Source of the DNA: an uncultured Bacillales bacterium
Lineage (GTDB): Bacteria > Bacillota > Bacilli > Bacillales > UBA6769
Assembly (NCBI GenBank): GCA_937983115.1
Contig: CALKAO010000112.1
Span: forward strand, 16,902-80,901
Direction of reading: 5' to 3'
DNA: 64,000 nt
The translations under genes and the position numbers were made by a program. Below are positions 45,924 through 58,543 of this stretch, piece after piece. The stretch's first letter is position 1. Each line of letters starts with the position of its first letter. The notes under the pieces were generated by a model. It was not told the DNA's origin, did no database searches, and saw nothing but the letters and a program-made list of their open reading frames with translations.

Positions 45924-46457
45924 TTAAATTTTTTCAATCTGCGTAAAGTCCAATTCAACCGGCGTTTCCCTGCCAAACATATTTACGTGGACTTTCACTT
46001 TTTGCTTGTCAAAATCAATCGCTTCAATTTTTCCGACAAAATCAGCAAAAGGCCCTTCTTTTACTTTTACACTGTCATTGACTTGAAAATCAACTTCCGG
46101 TTTTGGCGTTTCATAACCCATGCTTTTTAATATCGATTCCACTTCTTCCGGTAAAAGGGGAGTTGGTTTTGAACCTGCACCGCTCGAACCGACAAATCCA
46201 GTCACACCCGGCGTATTGCGGACAACGTACCACGAATCATCCGTCATGATCATTTCGGTTAAAACGTAGCCGGGAAACACTTTGCGCATCGTCTTTTTCT
46301 TTTTGCCGTTTTTAATTTCCGTCTCTTCTTCGACTGGGACCAATACGCGGAAAATTTTATCTGACATTCCCATCGATTCTACACGTTTTTCTAAATTTGT
46401 CTTTACTTTATTTTCATAGCCGGAATACGTATGAACAACGTACCATCTTTTTTCCAT
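45924..46457 (-). CDS. nusG: Transcription termination/antitermination factor NusG
   Basis: 177 aa from ATG 46457: MEKRWYVVHTYSGYENKVKTNLEKRVESMGM. Confidence 0.94.
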   Translation of the reverse strand: MEKRWYVVHTYSGYENKVKTNLEKRVESMGMSDKIFRVLVPVEEETEIKNGKKKKTMRKVFPGYVLTEMIMTDDSWYVVRNTPGVTGFVGSSGAGSKPTPLLPEEVESILKSMGYETPKPEVDFQVNDSVKVKEGPFADFVGKIEAIDFDKQKVKVHVNMFGRETPVELDFTQIEKI

Positions 46458-46535
46458 TCGCTTCAGGACGCTAAGTCCTTCCCTCCCCAATGTGTTTACT
46501 TCCATTTTATCCTGACCTGTCAGAATCTATAACGC

Positions 46536-46721
46536 TTAATCTGTGATCCATTTAAGCAGGGATGAAATGCCAAAGTCAACTACAACGAAAAATAAAGTGA
46601 CAAAAGCTACAGTAACAATTACAGTTATCGTATATTTCACTAATTCATTTTTTGTCGGCCAACGAACTTTTTTCATTTCGTTAGCGACATTTTTAAAAAA
46701 TTGGCCTGCCTTCTTGAACAT
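46536..46721 (-). CDS. secE: Preprotein translocase subunit SecE
   Basis: 61 aa, ...EMKKVRWPTKNELVKYTITVIVTVAFVTLFF. Confidence 0.92.
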   Translation of the reverse strand: MFKKAGQFFKNVANEMKKVRWPTKNELVKYTITVIVTVAFVTLFFVVVDFGISSLLKWITD

Positions 46722-46781
46722 CGGTTTTATTAAGTCTCCTTCCCAACTTCAACAATCGCAATCGATTCAACCATTTTTTCA

Positions 46782-46931
46782 TCATTTCGTCTCTTTGTGC
46801 TCGGTATGGGCATTGCACGTTTTGCAATACTTTCTGATCGCAAACCTTTGTGAATGAGAAAGTTTGTTTTTAACCGTTGAATAATTTCGATGCCCGCATT
46901 CCGAACATGCCAGGATCACTTTCACGCGCAA
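46782..46931 (-). CDS. rpmG: 50S ribosomal protein L33 (Zn-binding form)
   Basis: Hand translation, below the track cutoff: (M)[51 protein letters not shown] start. Confidence 0.88.
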   Translation of the reverse strand: MRVKVILACSECGHRNYSTVKNKLSHSQRFAIRKYCKTCNAHTEHKETK

Positions 46932-47035
46932 CAGAACTCGCTCCATCCCATCAAATCTTTACTGAACCAACTTTATCACAGCTAAAAACAGCATGTCAAC
47001 GTAAGCCGAAACTTGCAAACCTTCTGCAATGAATC

Positions 47036-47060
47036 AGAAAAACAGGGAAGCTCCCTGTTT
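47036..47060 (-). terminator. Terminator hairpin at the end of sigH
   Basis: AAAAACAGGGA-gc-TCCCTGTTTTT palindrome abutting the sigH stop codon. Confidence 0.6.
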
Positions 47061-47726
47061 TTAAAAGGTGAGTTCGCGAATCTCCAAATAACGTTCAAGC
47101 TTTCTTTTCACACGCTGCAGCGCATTGTCAATCGATTTCACATGGCGGTTTAAATCATCCGAAATTTCTTGGTATGAACGGCCGTCTAAATACTGCATCA
47201 GCACTTGCCGCTCCAAATCGCTTAGCACTTCCGTCATTTTCACTTCAATGTCATTAAACTGTTCACGATGTATGAGCAAGATTTCCGGATCCAACTTGCT
47301 CGTTCCCGACAACACATCCATTAAAGTCCGATCCGATTCTTCATCGTAAATGGGCTTGTCCAACGAAACATAGGAATTGAGCGGAATATGCTTTTGCCTT
47401 GTCGCTGTTTTTATTGCCGTAATCATTTGCCTCGTGATGCAAAGTTCGGCAAACGCTTTAAATGTTGACAGCTTGTCCTCGCGAAAATCGCGAATGGCTT
47501 TATACAATCCAATCATGCCTTCTTGGACGATATCTTCCCGATCAGCGCCAATTAAAAAATAGGATCGCGCCTTTGCTCTGACAAAATTTTTATATTTTAG
47601 AATCAAATATTCAAGGGCTTGCGCATCCCCATCTTGAACCATTTTCACAAGCTCTTCATCTTCAAGCGATTGAAATTTGACTGGCTCTGCAACTTCCAAC
47701 ATGTTCCATTCATTCCCCCCAACCAT
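47061..47726 (-). CDS. sigH: RNA polymerase sigma factor SigH
   Basis: ...YKNFVRAKARSYFLIGADREDIVQEGMIGLYKAIRDF...SYQEISDDLNRHVKSIDNALQRVKRKLE, near-identical to B. subtilis SigH. The start could be ATG 47702. Confidence 0.94.
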   Translation of the reverse strand: MVGGNEWNMLEVAEPVKFQSLEDEELVKMVQDGDAQALEYLILKYKNFVRAKARSYFLIGADREDIVQEGMIGLYKAIRDFREDKLSTFKAFAELCITRQMITAIKTATRQKHIPLNSYVSLDKPIYDEESDRTLMDVLSGTSKLDPEILLIHREQFNDIEVKMTEVLSDLERQVLMQYLDGRSYQEISDDLNRHVKSIDNALQRVKRKLERYLEIRELTF

Positions 47727-47902
47727 GATGTATCATTCTGACAGCTAGCATTGTGTTTCTGTGTATGCTGCTTTGTGAGCGGTTTCAGAACATCCCTCGC
47801 GATTTGGCAAACAGTTGGCGCAACACGGAAAAGTCGAAAAATTACATATTTTAAAAAAATGGAATTATTTCTATTATAACAGTATTTTGAATAGCGTCAA
47901 CA

Positions 47903-48412
47903 TTAGATTAAACCGCGCCGCATTTTCTCAAATTTTTCTTGAACTTCCGGTGAAAGCCGTATTTTTGACTGCCGTTTTTTCGTATAATTGGCTTCAATGT
48001 TTTGAGCTATGTTCTTTTCAATTTTTTCCATTTCAATGAGCAGCTCCCGAGCGGATTTGCGCAATGCGCCTTGTCCAAAAATCATTTTTTGCTCTGCGTA
48101 ATCCGAGGTAGCGACATAAATTTGCGTCGTGACATCTTTCAATTCTTTAACAAGCGCTTCAATTTTTTCATCGGCCGTTTCGTTTTCATTTGTATAAATG
48201 ACCGTGACATCATGCTGCTGATAGATTTGTTGAATGCCTGGAACGAGATGGGCGTCAAAAACGACAATCACTCTATAGCCTGTATATGCTTGATACTCTG
48301 CCATTTTAGCAATGAGCAGATCGCGGGCGCCTTCTAAATCTTCTGTTTTTAAACGTTTCAATTCAGGCCAGGCGCCAATCATGTTATACCCGTCCACTAG
48401 CAAAATATCCAT
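47903..48412 (-). CDS. yacP: NYN-domain ribonuclease YacP/Rae1
   Basis: 169 aa, MDILLVDGYNMIGAWPELKRL...VVFDA. Conserved position after rlmB. Confidence 0.88.
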   Translation of the reverse strand: MDILLVDGYNMIGAWPELKRLKTEDLEGARDLLIAKMAEYQAYTGYRVIVVFDAHLVPGIQQIYQQHDVTVIYTNENETADEKIEALVKELKDVTTQIYVATSDYAEQKMIFGQGALRKSARELLIEMEKIEKNIAQNIEANYTKKRQSKIRLSPEVQEKFEKMRRGLI

Positions 48413-48415
48413 TTT

Positions 48416-49162
48416 CTAACCTCCCGCCAGACTGCGTTTCCGAAACACTTCATACATGAATACGGCCGCTGCGACAGAAGCATTAAGCGACGCTACTTTT
48501 CCTTTCATCGGCAAACGCACAAGAAAATCACACTTTTTTTTAATCAATCGGCTGATTCCTTGTCCTTCATTTCCGATGACGAGCGCCACCGGCAGATCGT
48601 AATCAACTTTACGATAATCTTGCGAACCTTCCATATCGGCGCCAACGAACCAGATCCCACGCGCTTTCAATTCCTCCATCGTTTGCGACAAGTTGGTGAC
48701 GCGAGCTACGGGCACGTGTTCAATCGCGCCGGCTGACGCTTTTGCCGCCGCTGCTGTTAAGCCGGCTGAACGGCGTTTCGGTATAATAACGCCGTGAACG
48801 CCCGTTGCATCTGACGTCCGCAAAATCGAACCGAGATTCTGCGGATCTTCAATTTCATCAAGAAGCAGAAAAAAAGGTTTTTCGCCTGCTGATTCCGCTT
48901 TTTGAAACAAATCATCAAGCGTCGCATACCGATAAGCGGAAACAGATGCAATGACGCCTTGATGGTTCGTTGTTCCTGCAAGCTTATTGAGCCGTTGTTT
49001 CGGAACAAATTGAATGGGAGCCCCGCTTTGCTTCGCCAAGCGAAGAAGTTCGCTCATCTGTCCTCTGCGGGCGCTTTCACTCACCCAAATTTTATTCATT
49101 TCGCGCTCGGCTCTTAGCGCTTCCAACACTGGATTTCTGCCGATAATCATTTCACTTTCCAT
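48416..49162 (-). CDS. rlmB: 23S rRNA (guanosine-2'-O)-methyltransferase RlmB (SpoU/TrmH family)
   Basis: From ATG 49162 (AAGGA 8 nt upstream): [16 protein letters not shown]...[14 protein letters not shown]...IGNEGQGIS...SLNASVAA. Confidence 0.9.
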   Translation of the reverse strand: MESEMIIGRNPVLEALRAEREMNKIWVSESARRGQMSELLRLAKQSGAPIQFVPKQRLNKLAGTTNHQGVIASVSAYRYATLDDLFQKAESAGEKPFFLLLDEIEDPQNLGSILRTSDATGVHGVIIPKRRSAGLTAAAAKASAGAIEHVPVARVTNLSQTMEELKARGIWFVGADMEGSQDYRKVDYDLPVALVIGNEGQGISRLIKKKCDFLVRLPMKGKVASLNASVAAAVFMYEVFRKRSLAGG

Positions 49163-49568
49163 CGTTTTCATCCTTTTCAACCGCTTCGATCAGCATGGCA
49201 ATCAGCTTGTTTAACCGTTCTTTCCGCTTCAGCAAATAATGATAGCCGATCAGCGCTTCAAAAGCTGTACTTTGCCGATACGTATGCACATCTGTATTTT
49301 TCGGAATGGTTCCAGCCTTCGCATTCCGCCCTCTTCGCAAAATGGCTTCTTCTTCTTCTGTAAAAAAATGAGCTTCCATCAGTTGATCGAATGCCGAAGC
49401 TTGCGCTTTTGCTGACACATAATACGTTGCGCGGCGATGCAGGCGCTGCGGCCGAGTTTCGCCTTGGTTGAGCAAATATTCGCGGACAAACAGTTCAAGC
49501 ACCGCATCTCCGATATAAGCCAGCGCAACTCCATTCAATTGCTTGACGTCGCTTTCTTTCATGCTCAT
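49152..49568 (-). CDS. mrnC: Mini-ribonuclease 3
   Basis: From ATG 49568 (1 nt after the cysS stop): [32 protein letters not shown]. Confidence 0.9.
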   Translation of the reverse strand: MSMKESDVKQLNGVALAYIGDAVLELFVREYLLNQGETRPQRLHRRATYYVSAKAQASAFDQLMEAHFFTEEEEAILRRGRNAKAGTIPKNTDVHTYRQSTAFEALIGYHYLLKRKERLNKLIAMLIEAVEKDENDGK

Positions 49569-49569
49569 A

Positions 49570-50973
49570 TCAAGTTTTCCTCTTCCAGCGGACCCCTTGC
49601 GGCGTATCTTCCAGTATGATTTGCTTGCGCAAAAGCTCGTCGCGAATCGCGTCTGCTTTTGCAAAATCCCGCACTTTCCTCGCTTTTTCGCGTTCTTGGA
49701 TCATTTGTTCAATTTCGCTGTCAAGCAGCTCTTTTTCTTGCTGCAAGGAGAGATTAAGCACACCTGAAATTTCTAGCATTGCATCTAAAAATGATGTCAG
49801 CACGCGCTTTGACGAATTTTTATTCCGCAAATACCGGTTCGCTTCTTTTGACAGTTCAAACAAAACGGCAATGGCATTCGCCGTATTAAAATCATCATCC
49901 ATCGCTTCAACAAACTGCACTTTTAAATCGCGGACAGCCGCAAGCGCCGGATCTGCATGATGATCGAGATCAATCGAAATCTCCAGTCGATGTTCAATAT
50001 TTTGCACCGTCTCTTTCAGCCGCTCAAGACCCGTTTTTGCGCTCATGAGCAGCTCATCATTAAAGTTAATGGGATTTCGATAATGGACCGAAAGCATAAA
50101 GAAGCGGACGACTTCCGGATCGTATTGTTTGATTAATTCGTTGACGAGCACGACATTTCCAAGTGATTTGGACATTTTTTCATCATTTATTTTAATATAC
50201 CCATTATGCATCCAATAATTTGCAAAAGGTTTGCCTGTCAACGCCTCGGTTTGCGCGATTTCATTTTCATGATGCGGAAAGGTTAGATCTTGACCGCCTG
50301 CATGAATATCAATCGTTTCGCCTAAATATTTTTTGGCCATCGCTGAACACTCGATGTGCCAGCCGGGCCGCCCTTCCCCCCACGGGCTTTCCCAGGAAAT
50401 TTCGCCTTCTTTCGCCGCTTTCCACAACGTAAAATCGAGTGGATCATGCTTTTTTTCACCGACTTCAATGCGGGCTCCAATGAGCAAATCATCAATGGAT
50501 TGGTGCGAAAGCTTCCCATAATCTTTAAATTTGCGTGTTTTAAAATAAACGTCGCCGTCTTCTTCATACGCATACCCTTTTTCGATCAACGCCTCAATAA
50601 AGTCGATAATTTCCTGCATATTTTCTTGCACGCGCGGGTGAACATCCGCTTTTTGCACACCAAGGGCTTCAATATCTTCAAAATACGCTTGGATAAAGCG
50701 TTCCGCTAGCTGAGGCACATCTTCTTTCGCTTCTTGGGCAGCTTTAATAATTTTATCGTCCACATCTGTAAAATTTGAAACGTAATGCACGTCATAGCCG
50801 CGGTATTGAAAATAGCGGCGAACGGTGTCAAACACGATCGGAGGGCGTGCATTTCCAATATGAATGTAATTGTACACCGTTGGTCCGCATACATACATTT
50901 TCACTTTGTTTTCTTGAATTGGAACAAACGTCTCTTTTTTGCGCGTAAGCGTATTATAAATTTTAATTGCCAT
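49570..50973 (-). CDS. cysS: Cysteine--tRNA ligase
   Basis: 467 aa; HIGNARP and KMSKSLGN class I motifs. Confidence 0.96.
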   Translation of the reverse strand: MAIKIYNTLTRKKETFVPIQENKVKMYVCGPTVYNYIHIGNARPPIVFDTVRRYFQYRGYDVHYVSNFTDVDDKIIKAAQEAKEDVPQLAERFIQAYFEDIEALGVQKADVHPRVQENMQEIIDFIEALIEKGYAYEEDGDVYFKTRKFKDYGKLSHQSIDDLLIGARIEVGEKKHDPLDFTLWKAAKEGEISWESPWGEGRPGWHIECSAMAKKYLGETIDIHAGGQDLTFPHHENEIAQTEALTGKPFANYWMHNGYIKINDEKMSKSLGNVVLVNELIKQYDPEVVRFFMLSVHYRNPINFNDELLMSAKTGLERLKETVQNIEHRLEISIDLDHHADPALAAVRDLKVQFVEAMDDDFNTANAIAVLFELSKEANRYLRNKNSSKRVLTSFLDAMLEISGVLNLSLQQEKELLDSEIEQMIQEREKARKVRDFAKADAIRDELLRKQIILEDTPQGVRWKRKT

Positions 50974-51604
50974 TATTCCCGCTCCTTTGTTCCAGTCTTG
51001 ATAATTTTTCTTCTAACTTCGCGACTTGCTGTTTTAAAGCCTCCACCTGCTCAACCAGTTCTTGTTCATTGCGGCGATTCACGCGCACACCGTCTTGAAC
51101 AACAACCCGGCCGGGAACTCCGACAACCGTCGAATTCGGCGGCACGTCTTTCAAAACGACCGAACCGGCGCCAATTTTCGAATTTTTGCCGAGGGTAATC
51201 GCACCGATGACTTTAGCTCCTGCTGAAACCATGACATTATCTTCAACTGTTGGATGGCGTTTGCCTTTTTCTTTTCCCGTCCCGCCAAGCGTAACGCCTT
51301 GAAATAAGACAACGTCGTCGCCGATTTCACACGTTTCTCCAATGACAATCCCCATCCCATGGTCAATAAACAGCCGCCTTCCGATTTTTGCGCCGGGATG
51401 AATTTCAACGCCTGTCAAAAATCGGCTGACTTGCGATATAAAACGCGCAAGAAAATACAGCCGCTTTCTCCAGAGCCAATGAGCGATGCGGTGCGCCCAA
51501 ATCGCGTGAAGACCCGAATACGAAAAAATCACTTCAAACACGCTTCTCGCGGCCGGATCGTGTTTAAAAACAACATGAATATCTTCACGAAGTCTTTTAA
51601 ACAC
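50963..51604 (-). CDS. cysE: Serine O-acetyltransferase
   Basis: (M)[41 protein letters not shown]... from GTG 51604 (GGAGGGG upstream); hexapeptide repeats. Confidence 0.94.
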   Translation of the reverse strand: MFKRLREDIHVVFKHDPAARSVFEVIFSYSGLHAIWAHRIAHWLWRKRLYFLARFISQVSRFLTGVEIHPGAKIGRRLFIDHGMGIVIGETCEIGDDVVLFQGVTLGGTGKEKGKRHPTVEDNVMVSAGAKVIGAITLGKNSKIGAGSVVLKDVPPNSTVVGVPGRVVVQDGVRVNRRNEQELVEQVEALKQQVAKLEEKLSRLEQRSGNNGN

Positions 51605-51706
51605 AGCAGTCCCCTCCAATCTCGTTTCTATGTTTCTCTAAACTTGCAAAGATAAATGCGAAAGAACCAGATGCCTCACGCTGCTGTTTTGCAAAATGAA
51701 CAACGT

Positions 51707-51977
51707 CAAAAAAGCGTCTCCGTGTCTGAAGACACAGAGACGCCCGTCTAAGCGTGGTCCCACTCTGTTTTGTACAATGCTAAACTAGCAAAACCAAACA
51801 AAAAACTTAGCATTGTCCTTTGCTGCCCTTTAACGGAGACGCCCGCTTTTGCCTACTTTGCCGAACATTTCAGCAAAAGACTCCGAGGTGCATTTCAAGA
51901 TTGCGTTTCATAAACCACTTCCAGCCTATGTGGTTCTCTCTGGATGAAACGGTGCAATCTTTACTTCTCCTCATCAC
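51707..51977 (-). promoter_or_regulatory. T-box riboswitch, Cys (UGC) specifier, controlling cysE-cysS
   Basis: Minus strand: GUGAUGAGGAG K-turn region; Stem I AGAUUGC..GCAAUCU; specifier loop UGAAA-UGC-AC (UGC at 51892..51890); T-box core AACAGAGUGGGACCACGC; 13-bp terminator GCGTCTCTGTGTC/GACACGGAGACGC followed by T6 (51707..51743). Confidence 0.85.
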
Positions 51978-51987
51978 AGTTTTCTGC

Positions 51988-53454
51988 TTATTCTTTTATA
52001 TTAAGAAAATGTTTTACTCTCGCTAAGACAACATCTTTGCCTAACAACGCAAGCGCAGCAGGAAGTTCAGGCCCTTTCGTTTGCCCGGTTGTTGCTGCAC
52101 GAATGGGCATAAACAGTTTTTTCCCTTTATGCCCCGTTTTTGTCTGAACGGCTTTCGTCGCTTCCTTTATCGCGCTTGGCGTAAAATCTTGAATGCGTTC
52201 AATTTCTTCTAAAAACGCGGACAACACCTCAGGCGCTTGCTCTTCGTTGAGCACCTTCTTTGCTTCTTCATTATACGAAAGATTCGTTTGAAAAAACAAG
52301 TCTGTTAATTCCACAATTTCAGCGCCGTATGTGAGCTGCTCCTGATAAAGCGCGATTAAATCTTCCGCCCATTTTCTTTTCTCTTCCGGCAATTTTTCCG
52401 GCAGCCTGCCGGCCTTAATCAAATATGGCAGCGCCAAATCAACAATGCGTTCCAGCGGACTGTTTTTGATATATTGATTATTCATCCATGCGAGTTTTTG
52501 TGTATCAAAAACCGCTGGAGATTTTGACAGCCGCTTCGCATCAAACATTTCAATAAACTGTTCTTTTGAAAAAATTTCTTCTTCGCCAACCGGCGACCAG
52601 CCGAGCAAGGCAATAAAATTAAACAAGGCTTCAGGCAAATAGCCAAGCTCTTCATACTGCTCGATAAACTGAATGATGGATTCATCGCGTTTGCTTAATT
52701 TTTGGCGCTCTTCATTCACGATAAGCGTCATATGGCCGAACGTCGGAGGCTTCCAGCCAAACGCTTCATAAATCATCAATTGTCTCGGAGTATTGGAAAT
52801 GTGGTCGTCGCCGCGAAGGACGTGTGAAATTTTCATATAGTGATCGTCGATTACAACAGCAAAGTTGTACGTAGCGACGCCGTCTTTCTTAATGATGACA
52901 AAGTCGCCGATTCCATCTGATTCAAACGATACTTCGTCTTTCACAAGATCATGGAACGTATACACTTTGCCTTCCGGAACTTTAAAGCGAATGCTCGGCT
53001 TGCGGCCTTCAGCTTCAAGTTTTGCACGCTCTTCATCCGTTAAATTTCGGCATTTTCCGGAGTAGCGCGGCATTTCATGCCGCGCCCGCTGGGCTTCCCG
53101 TTCAGCTTCCAATTCTTCTTCCGTACAGTAGCATTTATATGCCAGCCCTTTTTCCATCAGCTTATTTGCATGTTCAGCATATAACTGCAGCCGTTCAGAC
53201 TGCCGATACGGTCCATAGCCGCCATCTTTGTCGATGCTCTCGTCCCACTCAATGCCAAGCCATGTCAAATAATGAAGCTGGCTTTGTTCGCCGCCTTCAA
53301 TATTTCGGCTCGCATCTGTATCTTCAATGCGAATGATAAATTTACCATTTTGGGAGCGGGCAAACAAATAATTAAACAATGCTGTCCTTGCATTTCCAAT
53401 ATGTAAATGCCCCGTTGGGCTTGGAGCATAGCGCACTCGAATTTCATTACCCAT
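51988..53454 (-). CDS. gltX: Glutamate--tRNA ligase
   Basis: 488 aa; [14 protein letters not shown] and KLSKR motifs. Confidence 0.96.
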   Translation of the reverse strand: MGNEIRVRYAPSPTGHLHIGNARTALFNYLFARSQNGKFIIRIEDTDASRNIEGGEQSQLHYLTWLGIEWDESIDKDGGYGPYRQSERLQLYAEHANKLMEKGLAYKCYCTEEELEAEREAQRARHEMPRYSGKCRNLTDEERAKLEAEGRKPSIRFKVPEGKVYTFHDLVKDEVSFESDGIGDFVIIKKDGVATYNFAVVIDDHYMKISHVLRGDDHISNTPRQLMIYEAFGWKPPTFGHMTLIVNEERQKLSKRDESIIQFIEQYEELGYLPEALFNFIALLGWSPVGEEEIFSKEQFIEMFDAKRLSKSPAVFDTQKLAWMNNQYIKNSPLERIVDLALPYLIKAGRLPEKLPEEKRKWAEDLIALYQEQLTYGAEIVELTDLFFQTNLSYNEEAKKVLNEEQAPEVLSAFLEEIERIQDFTPSAIKEATKAVQTKTGHKGKKLFMPIRAATTGQTKGPELPAALALLGKDVVLARVKHFLNIKE

Positions 53455-53470
53455 GTTTATCCCATTCCCT

Positions 53471-53962
53471 TCAATCGATAGATGATTTAGCTTTTTTCAG
53501 CAATACGGCTGCTTGCGCTGCAATCCCTTCTTCTCTGCCGATAAAGCCCAATTTTTCTCCGGTTGTCGCTTTCACGTTAATCTGCGACACATCCGCTTCA
53601 AGCAGCGCAGCGATCGTTTGGCGCATCATATCGATGTGCGGCGCCATTTTTGGCCGCTGCGCCAAAATCGTGCAATCTAAATTTCCCAGGCAATAGCCTT
53701 TCGTTTTAACCATTGCCCAAATGCGCTTCAGCAATTCTCGCGAATCCGCATCTTTATAGGCAGGATCCGTATCCGGGAAATGTTTGCCAATATCCCCCAG
53801 CGCCAAAGCGCCAAGACACGCATCGCTAATCGCATGCAGCAGCACATCTGCATCTGAATGGCCAAGAAGTCCTTTTTCATGCGGAATTTCAACGCCGCCA
53901 ATGATCAGTTTGCGTCCTGCTTGTAGCTGGTGAATGTCAAAACCTTGTCCGATTCGTATCAA
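53471..53962 (-). CDS. ispF: 2-C-methyl-D-erythritol 2,4-cyclodiphosphate synthase
   Basis: (M)[12 protein letters not shown]...[11 protein letters not shown] from TTG 53962. The track start is over-extended. Confidence 0.93.
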   Translation of the reverse strand: MIRIGQGFDIHQLQAGRKLIIGGVEIPHEKGLLGHSDADVLLHAISDACLGALALGDIGKHFPDTDPAYKDADSRELLKRIWAMVKTKGYCLGNLDCTILAQRPKMAPHIDMMRQTIAALLEADVSQINVKATTGEKLGFIGREEGIAAQAAVLLKKAKSSID

Positions 53963-53964
53963 CG

Positions 53965-54657
53965 CTATTCTTTCCTCCATTTTAAAATGACTTCTGCAAC
54001 AATTAAATCTTCGGGAGTTGTAAGCTTTATATTCGTTTCATCGCTCATGACAATCGCAACTTCATGTCCGAGCGCCTCGACGAGCGATGCATCGTCTGTG
54101 GCTGCAAGCTTGGCCTTCTCCGCATGAACGTTTGCCTCATACAAAATGGAATAATGAAAAGCTTGCGGGGTCTGCACAGCCCACAGTCCAGAGCGATCAA
54201 CTGTTTCTATAATAACAGAACCATCGCTCCGTTTAAGCGTATCTTTTATCGGCACAGCTAAAACGGCTGCACCGGTTGCAGCCGCTTTTTTCGCTACACG
54301 CGCAATCATATCCATCGTGACAAATGGACGCGCTCCATCATGGACAAGGATGAGATCGTCCGCTTTTTCACAATCCAATGATTTCAACCCATTAAAAACG
54401 CTGTGCTGCCTTTCGGCGCCGCCCTTGACGAATCGTTTTACTTTTGAAAAATGATGCTTTTCAACCAGCGATTGAAACTCCGCTGATTCCTTTTCATTGA
54501 TCACGAGCACGATTTCTTTGCAATGCGGGTCGTTTTGAAAAACGGTTAAAGTATGAGCGATGACAGGTTTATCAGCCAACAGCAAAAACTGTTTGTTTTT
54601 CCCTGCCCGCATCCGTTTGCCTTGCCCAGCTGCAGGAATAATCACTTTATATTCCAA
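53965..54657 (-). CDS. ispD: 2-C-methyl-D-erythritol 4-phosphate cytidylyltransferase
   Basis: 230 aa, [12 protein letters not shown]... Precedes ispF. Confidence 0.93.
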   Translation of the reverse strand: MEYKVIIPAAGQGKRMRAGKNKQFLLLADKPVIAHTLTVFQNDPHCKEIVLVINEKESAEFQSLVEKHHFSKVKRFVKGGAERQHSVFNGLKSLDCEKADDLILVHDGARPFVTMDMIARVAKKAAATGAAVLAVPIKDTLKRSDGSVIIETVDRSGLWAVQTPQAFHYSILYEANVHAEKAKLAATDDASLVEALGHEVAIVMSDETNIKLTTPEDLIVAEVILKWRKE

Positions 54658-54779
54658 TGGATTGCTTTACTCCTTCTCTAGCGTCGAAGCTTTTCAAAAA
54701 AGCTGCAGATAGACTTTCATTATCGCTCTCTATCATAAAACAATGCAGCGAATTGATCCACTCTTTTACAATCGGATGG

Positions 54780-55898
54780 CTATAGCGCTTTTTCCATCAA
54801 TTTCGGCTTCGCAAAAATCATTCTCCCTGCAGAGGTCTGCAGCACACTTGTGACAATCACATCAATCGTTTTGCCGATATAATTGCGTCCTTCTTCAACA
54901 ACGATCATTGTGCCATCGTCTAAATAGCCAATGCCTTGATTATGCTCTTTTCCGTCTTTAATCACTTGAACGTTCAGTTCTTCGCCTGGCAGAACGACAG
55001 GTTTGACTGCGTTTGCCAAATCATTAATATTTAACACAGGCACATTTTGAAGTTCGCATACTTTATTTAAATTGAAATCGTTTGTGACGACGATGCCGTC
55101 GGTCAGCTTTGCAAGTTTAACAAGCTTGCTGTCGACCTCCTGAATGTCTTCAAAATCGCCTTCATAAATTTCAACATTGACATCCAGCTCTTTTTGGATT
55201 TTATTTAATATATCGAGTCCACGCCGACCTCGGTTCCGTTTTAATGCATCCGAAGAGTCGGCGATATGCTGAAGTTCTTCAAGCACAAAATACGGAATGA
55301 CAAGCGTGCCTTCTAAAAAACCTGTTTTGCAAATATCCGCAATTCGTCCATCAATGATCACACTCGTATCTAAAATTTTCAGCTTCGTAAAAGAATCTCC
55401 ATACGAACCGCCTGCTAAACCTTCTTTTTTCTTATCTTTTACTCTATTGATTGAAAACAGCGAAATGAGTTCATCTCGCTTTTTAAAACCAACTTGGAAT
55501 CCCCAATATCCAGCCAATACAGTGATAAAAATCGGCAAAACATCGCTTACGATTAAAATCTCCATGCCGCTTAATGATACGGTGATGAGGAAAGCAACCA
55601 TTAACCCGAGGACAAGACCTATCGTTCCGAACATCAAATCAGCGATAGGCACTCTAACTAATGCTTCTTCCACTCGTTTGATTAAACCGACAATATAATC
55701 AGACAGCCAATACGTCACTAAAAATACAATGAGTCCGCCAATGAGTACTCCGATGTATGGGGAAATGACTAACGGAATGGAATGAATGTTTAAATAAGCA
55801 AATAAGTCAGGGATGAACAGCCAGCCAAGCGTGGCTCCGGTAAAGATAAAAAATAATTGCACAAATCTCTTTAGCAAATTTTCATTCAATATTTTCAC
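54780..55898 (-). CDS. yacL: PIN/TRAM domain membrane protein YacL
   Basis: 372 aa; N-terminal TM helices, then a PIN region ([12 protein letters not shown]...) and a C-terminal TRAM-like domain. Conserved position. Confidence 0.88.
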   Translation of the reverse strand: MKILNENLLKRFVQLFFIFTGATLGWLFIPDLFAYLNIHSIPLVISPYIGVLIGGLIVFLVTYWLSDYIVGLIKRVEEALVRVPIADLMFGTIGLVLGLMVAFLITVSLSGMEILIVSDVLPIFITVLAGYWGFQVGFKKRDELISLFSINRVKDKKKEGLAGGSYGDSFTKLKILDTSVIIDGRIADICKTGFLEGTLVIPYFVLEELQHIADSSDALKRNRGRRGLDILNKIQKELDVNVEIYEGDFEDIQEVDSKLVKLAKLTDGIVVTNDFNLNKVCELQNVPVLNINDLANAVKPVVLPGEELNVQVIKDGKEHNQGIGYLDDGTMIVVEEGRNYIGKTIDVIVTSVLQTSAGRMIFAKPKLMEKAL

Positions 55899-56010
55899 CT
55901 CCTTCTATCATTATAAACAGTTTCTATATTTTGAAACCTCATTTTCAAATTATTTACACACTATTAACAAAGATGACATGAATAGATGTAACAAGTTCGT
56001 CAAATGATGG

Positions 56011-57090
56011 CTAAATATGTCGATCAATGAAAACTTGCTCCTGGATTCTGCCCAAACCCGCCTGAATGGCGCGCGCTCTCACTTCCCCGATCCCTTCAAC
56101 TTCATCAAGCTCATGGATGGAAGCTTTCATAATTGCGTTGAAATGTTCAAACGATTCCACTAAATTTTCAATCACAAGCGGCGGAAGGCGCGGAATTTTA
56201 TGCAAAAGGCGGTAGCCTCTCGGCCGAATCGCTTCATCATTGCGAACCGCGCTCGCTGAAAAACCTAACAGTTTGATGACAACACTTTCTTCCAGCAATT
56301 CTTCATTTGTCAATGTGCGCAGCTGCTTCATCACATCCATAGGTTCAATTGACGGATCTTTTAAATAATCGCGAATAAGCAAAATGGCATCCCGCTCGAG
56401 ATTGCCGACGAGCTCATCGAGCTGCATGCGAATTAACCGGCCTTCTGTGCCAAGTTCATTAACATAATTGACAATTTCCCGCTGAATGCGGAGAACGAGT
56501 TCAATGCGATGGAGTACTTGGGCAACGTCCTGTACAGTTACTAATTCTTCAAATTCAAGTGCGCCCAAATTCGTTAAATCTTGATCCAAAACGGCTTTGT
56601 ATTTTTCCAGCGTCTGCAATGCCTGATTCGCTTTCGTTAAAATCACGCCAATTTCTTTCAGCGAATATTGAACATTCCCTTTATACAGCGTAATGACATT
56701 GCGGCGCTGCGAAATGGATATCACAAGACTGCCGGTCTGCTTGGCAACCCGCTCCGCCGTCCGATGGCGTATCCCTGTTTCGGAAGAGGCTATCGCCGTA
56801 TCCGGAATCAGCTGCGTGTTCGCAAATAAAATGCGATTGGCCTCGTCATTCAAAATAATGGCCCCATCCATTTTAGCCAGCTCATATAAATAAGCGGGCG
56901 TAAATTTGCAATCAATCGAAAATCCCCCATCGACCAGCCGTTTTACTTTTTCATCATAGCCAACAACAATCAGCCCGCCCGTTTCAGCGCGTAAAATATT
57001 ATCAATTCCTTCCCGAAGCGGCGTCCCAGGAGCTATAATCTGCAGCATCTCATTAATAATAGCCGGTTTAGACTTTGTCTTTTCATCCAT
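56011..57090 (-). CDS. disA: DNA integrity scanning protein DisA (diadenylate cyclase)
   Basis: 359 aa; DAC motifs MDGAIIL and [10 protein letters not shown]; C-terminal HhH region. Confidence 0.94.
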   Translation of the reverse strand: MDEKTKSKPAIINEMLQIIAPGTPLREGIDNILRAETGGLIVVGYDEKVKRLVDGGFSIDCKFTPAYLYELAKMDGAIILNDEANRILFANTQLIPDTAIASSETGIRHRTAERVAKQTGSLVISISQRRNVITLYKGNVQYSLKEIGVILTKANQALQTLEKYKAVLDQDLTNLGALEFEELVTVQDVAQVLHRIELVLRIQREIVNYVNELGTEGRLIRMQLDELVGNLERDAILLIRDYLKDPSIEPMDVMKQLRTLTNEELLEESVVIKLLGFSASAVRNDEAIRPRGYRLLHKIPRLPPLVIENLVESFEHFNAIMKASIHELDEVEGIGEVRARAIQAGLGRIQEQVFIDRHI

Positions 57091-57092
57091 TT

Positions 57093-58457
57093 TTATCCCT
57101 CCAATGCATGCTCCAGCGCTTCGCTTACGGTATTGACTCCGATCACTTGAATATTATTCGGAATCGACCAGCCTCCCAAATTTTTTTGCGGCAAAATCAC
57201 GCGTGTAAACCCGAGCTTTACAGCTTCATGAACGCGCTGTTCAATTCGCGAAACACGCCGCACTTCACCGGTTAATCCGATTTCGCCGATGATCACATCG
57301 CCCGGATTCGTCGGGCGATCGCGAAAGCTTGAAGCGATGCTCACTGCAATTGCGAGATCAATGGCCGGTTCATCCAAACGGACGCCTCCCGCAACGTTCA
57401 AATAAGCGTCTTGCGTTTGCAGCAAAAGCCCAACGCGCTTTTCCAGCACCGCCATCAACAAAGAGACACGGTTAGGGTCAATCCCGGTTGCAGTTCGGCG
57501 AGGGTGGCCGAAACTCGTCGGTGTAATCAGCGCTTGAATCTCAACCATAAGCGTTCTCGTGCCTTCCAGCGAAGCAACAACCGTAGAGCCGGATGCACCT
57601 TTTGCTCGTTCCTCCAAAAAAATTTCCGAAGGATTTTGCACTTCAACGAGCCCATTTTCTTTCATTTCGAACACGCCAAGCTCATTCGTTGAACCAAAAC
57701 GGTTTTTCACTGCCCGCAAAAGCCGATAGGCGTGGTGGCGCTCGCCTTCAAAATAAAGCACCGCATCCACCATATGTTCGAGCAGTCGCGGCCCTGCGAT
57801 CGCGCCTTCTTTTGTCACATGGCCCACAATAAAGACGGCGATTCCTTTTGTTTTCGCCATGCGCATCAATTGGCCCGTGCATTCGCGCACTTGCGAAACG
57901 CTTCCAGGAGCACTCGCAACGGCCGGGTCATACATCGTTTGAATGGAATCGATGACGATCAGCGCCGGCTTGAGTTCTGCTGCTGTTTCTTCAATATATT
58001 CAATGTTGGTTTCCGCTAATACAAACAGCGATGAAGCCTGAATGCCAAGCCGATCGGCGCGCAGTTTTGTCTGCTTCAACGATTCTTCCCCAGAGACATA
58101 CAGCACTTTTTGCCCATGTTTGGCCAGCTGGTACGATGTTTGCAGAAGTAACGTCGATTTCCCAATTCCCGGATCGCCTCCGACTAGCACAAGTGAACCT
58201 GGCACAACCCCTCCGCCTAACACCCGATTCAATTCTTTTGTCTTCGTATCGATTCGCTCTTCTTGTTCCGATGGCACATCTTGAATCGATATCGGTTTTT
58301 TTCCGGTTTCGAGCGATCCGCGCCGAATGCCTCGGGTTCGTTCAATTACTTCTTCAACCATCGTATTCCATTGTTGGCAGCCCGGACACTTCCCCATCCA
58401 TTTCGGTGATTCATATCCGCACTCTTGACATATAAACTTCGTTTTTTTTCTTGCCAT
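57093..58457 (-). CDS. radA: DNA repair protein RadA/Sms
   Basis: 454 aa; Zn finger [18 protein letters not shown], Walker [16 protein letters not shown] motif, Lon-like C-terminus. Confidence 0.96.
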   Translation of the reverse strand: MARKKTKFICQECGYESPKWMGKCPGCQQWNTMVEEVIERTRGIRRGSLETGKKPISIQDVPSEQEERIDTKTKELNRVLGGGVVPGSLVLVGGDPGIGKSTLLLQTSYQLAKHGQKVLYVSGEESLKQTKLRADRLGIQASSLFVLAETNIEYIEETAAELKPALIVIDSIQTMYDPAVASAPGSVSQVRECTGQLMRMAKTKGIAVFIVGHVTKEGAIAGPRLLEHMVDAVLYFEGERHHAYRLLRAVKNRFGSTNELGVFEMKENGLVEVQNPSEIFLEERAKGASGSTVVASLEGTRTLMVEIQALITPTSFGHPRRTATGIDPNRVSLLMAVLEKRVGLLLQTQDAYLNVAGGVRLDEPAIDLAIAVSIASSFRDRPTNPGDVIIGEIGLTGEVRRVSRIEQRVHEAVKLGFTRVILPQKNLGGWSIPNNIQVIGVNTVSEALEHALEG

Positions 58458-58494
58458 TCCTTCTCCTCAATTTCATTATTGTTAAATGATGATG

Positions 58495-58531
58495 AAAAGA
58501 GCGAAGACCGAAAGCATAACGGCTTTCGGTC
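58495..58531 (-). terminator. Terminator hairpin after clpC
   Basis: 10-bp stem GACCGAAAGC/GCTTTCGGTC followed by the T-rich TTCGCTCTTTTC. Confidence 0.55.
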
Positions 58532-58543
58532 ACGCGCTCATCA

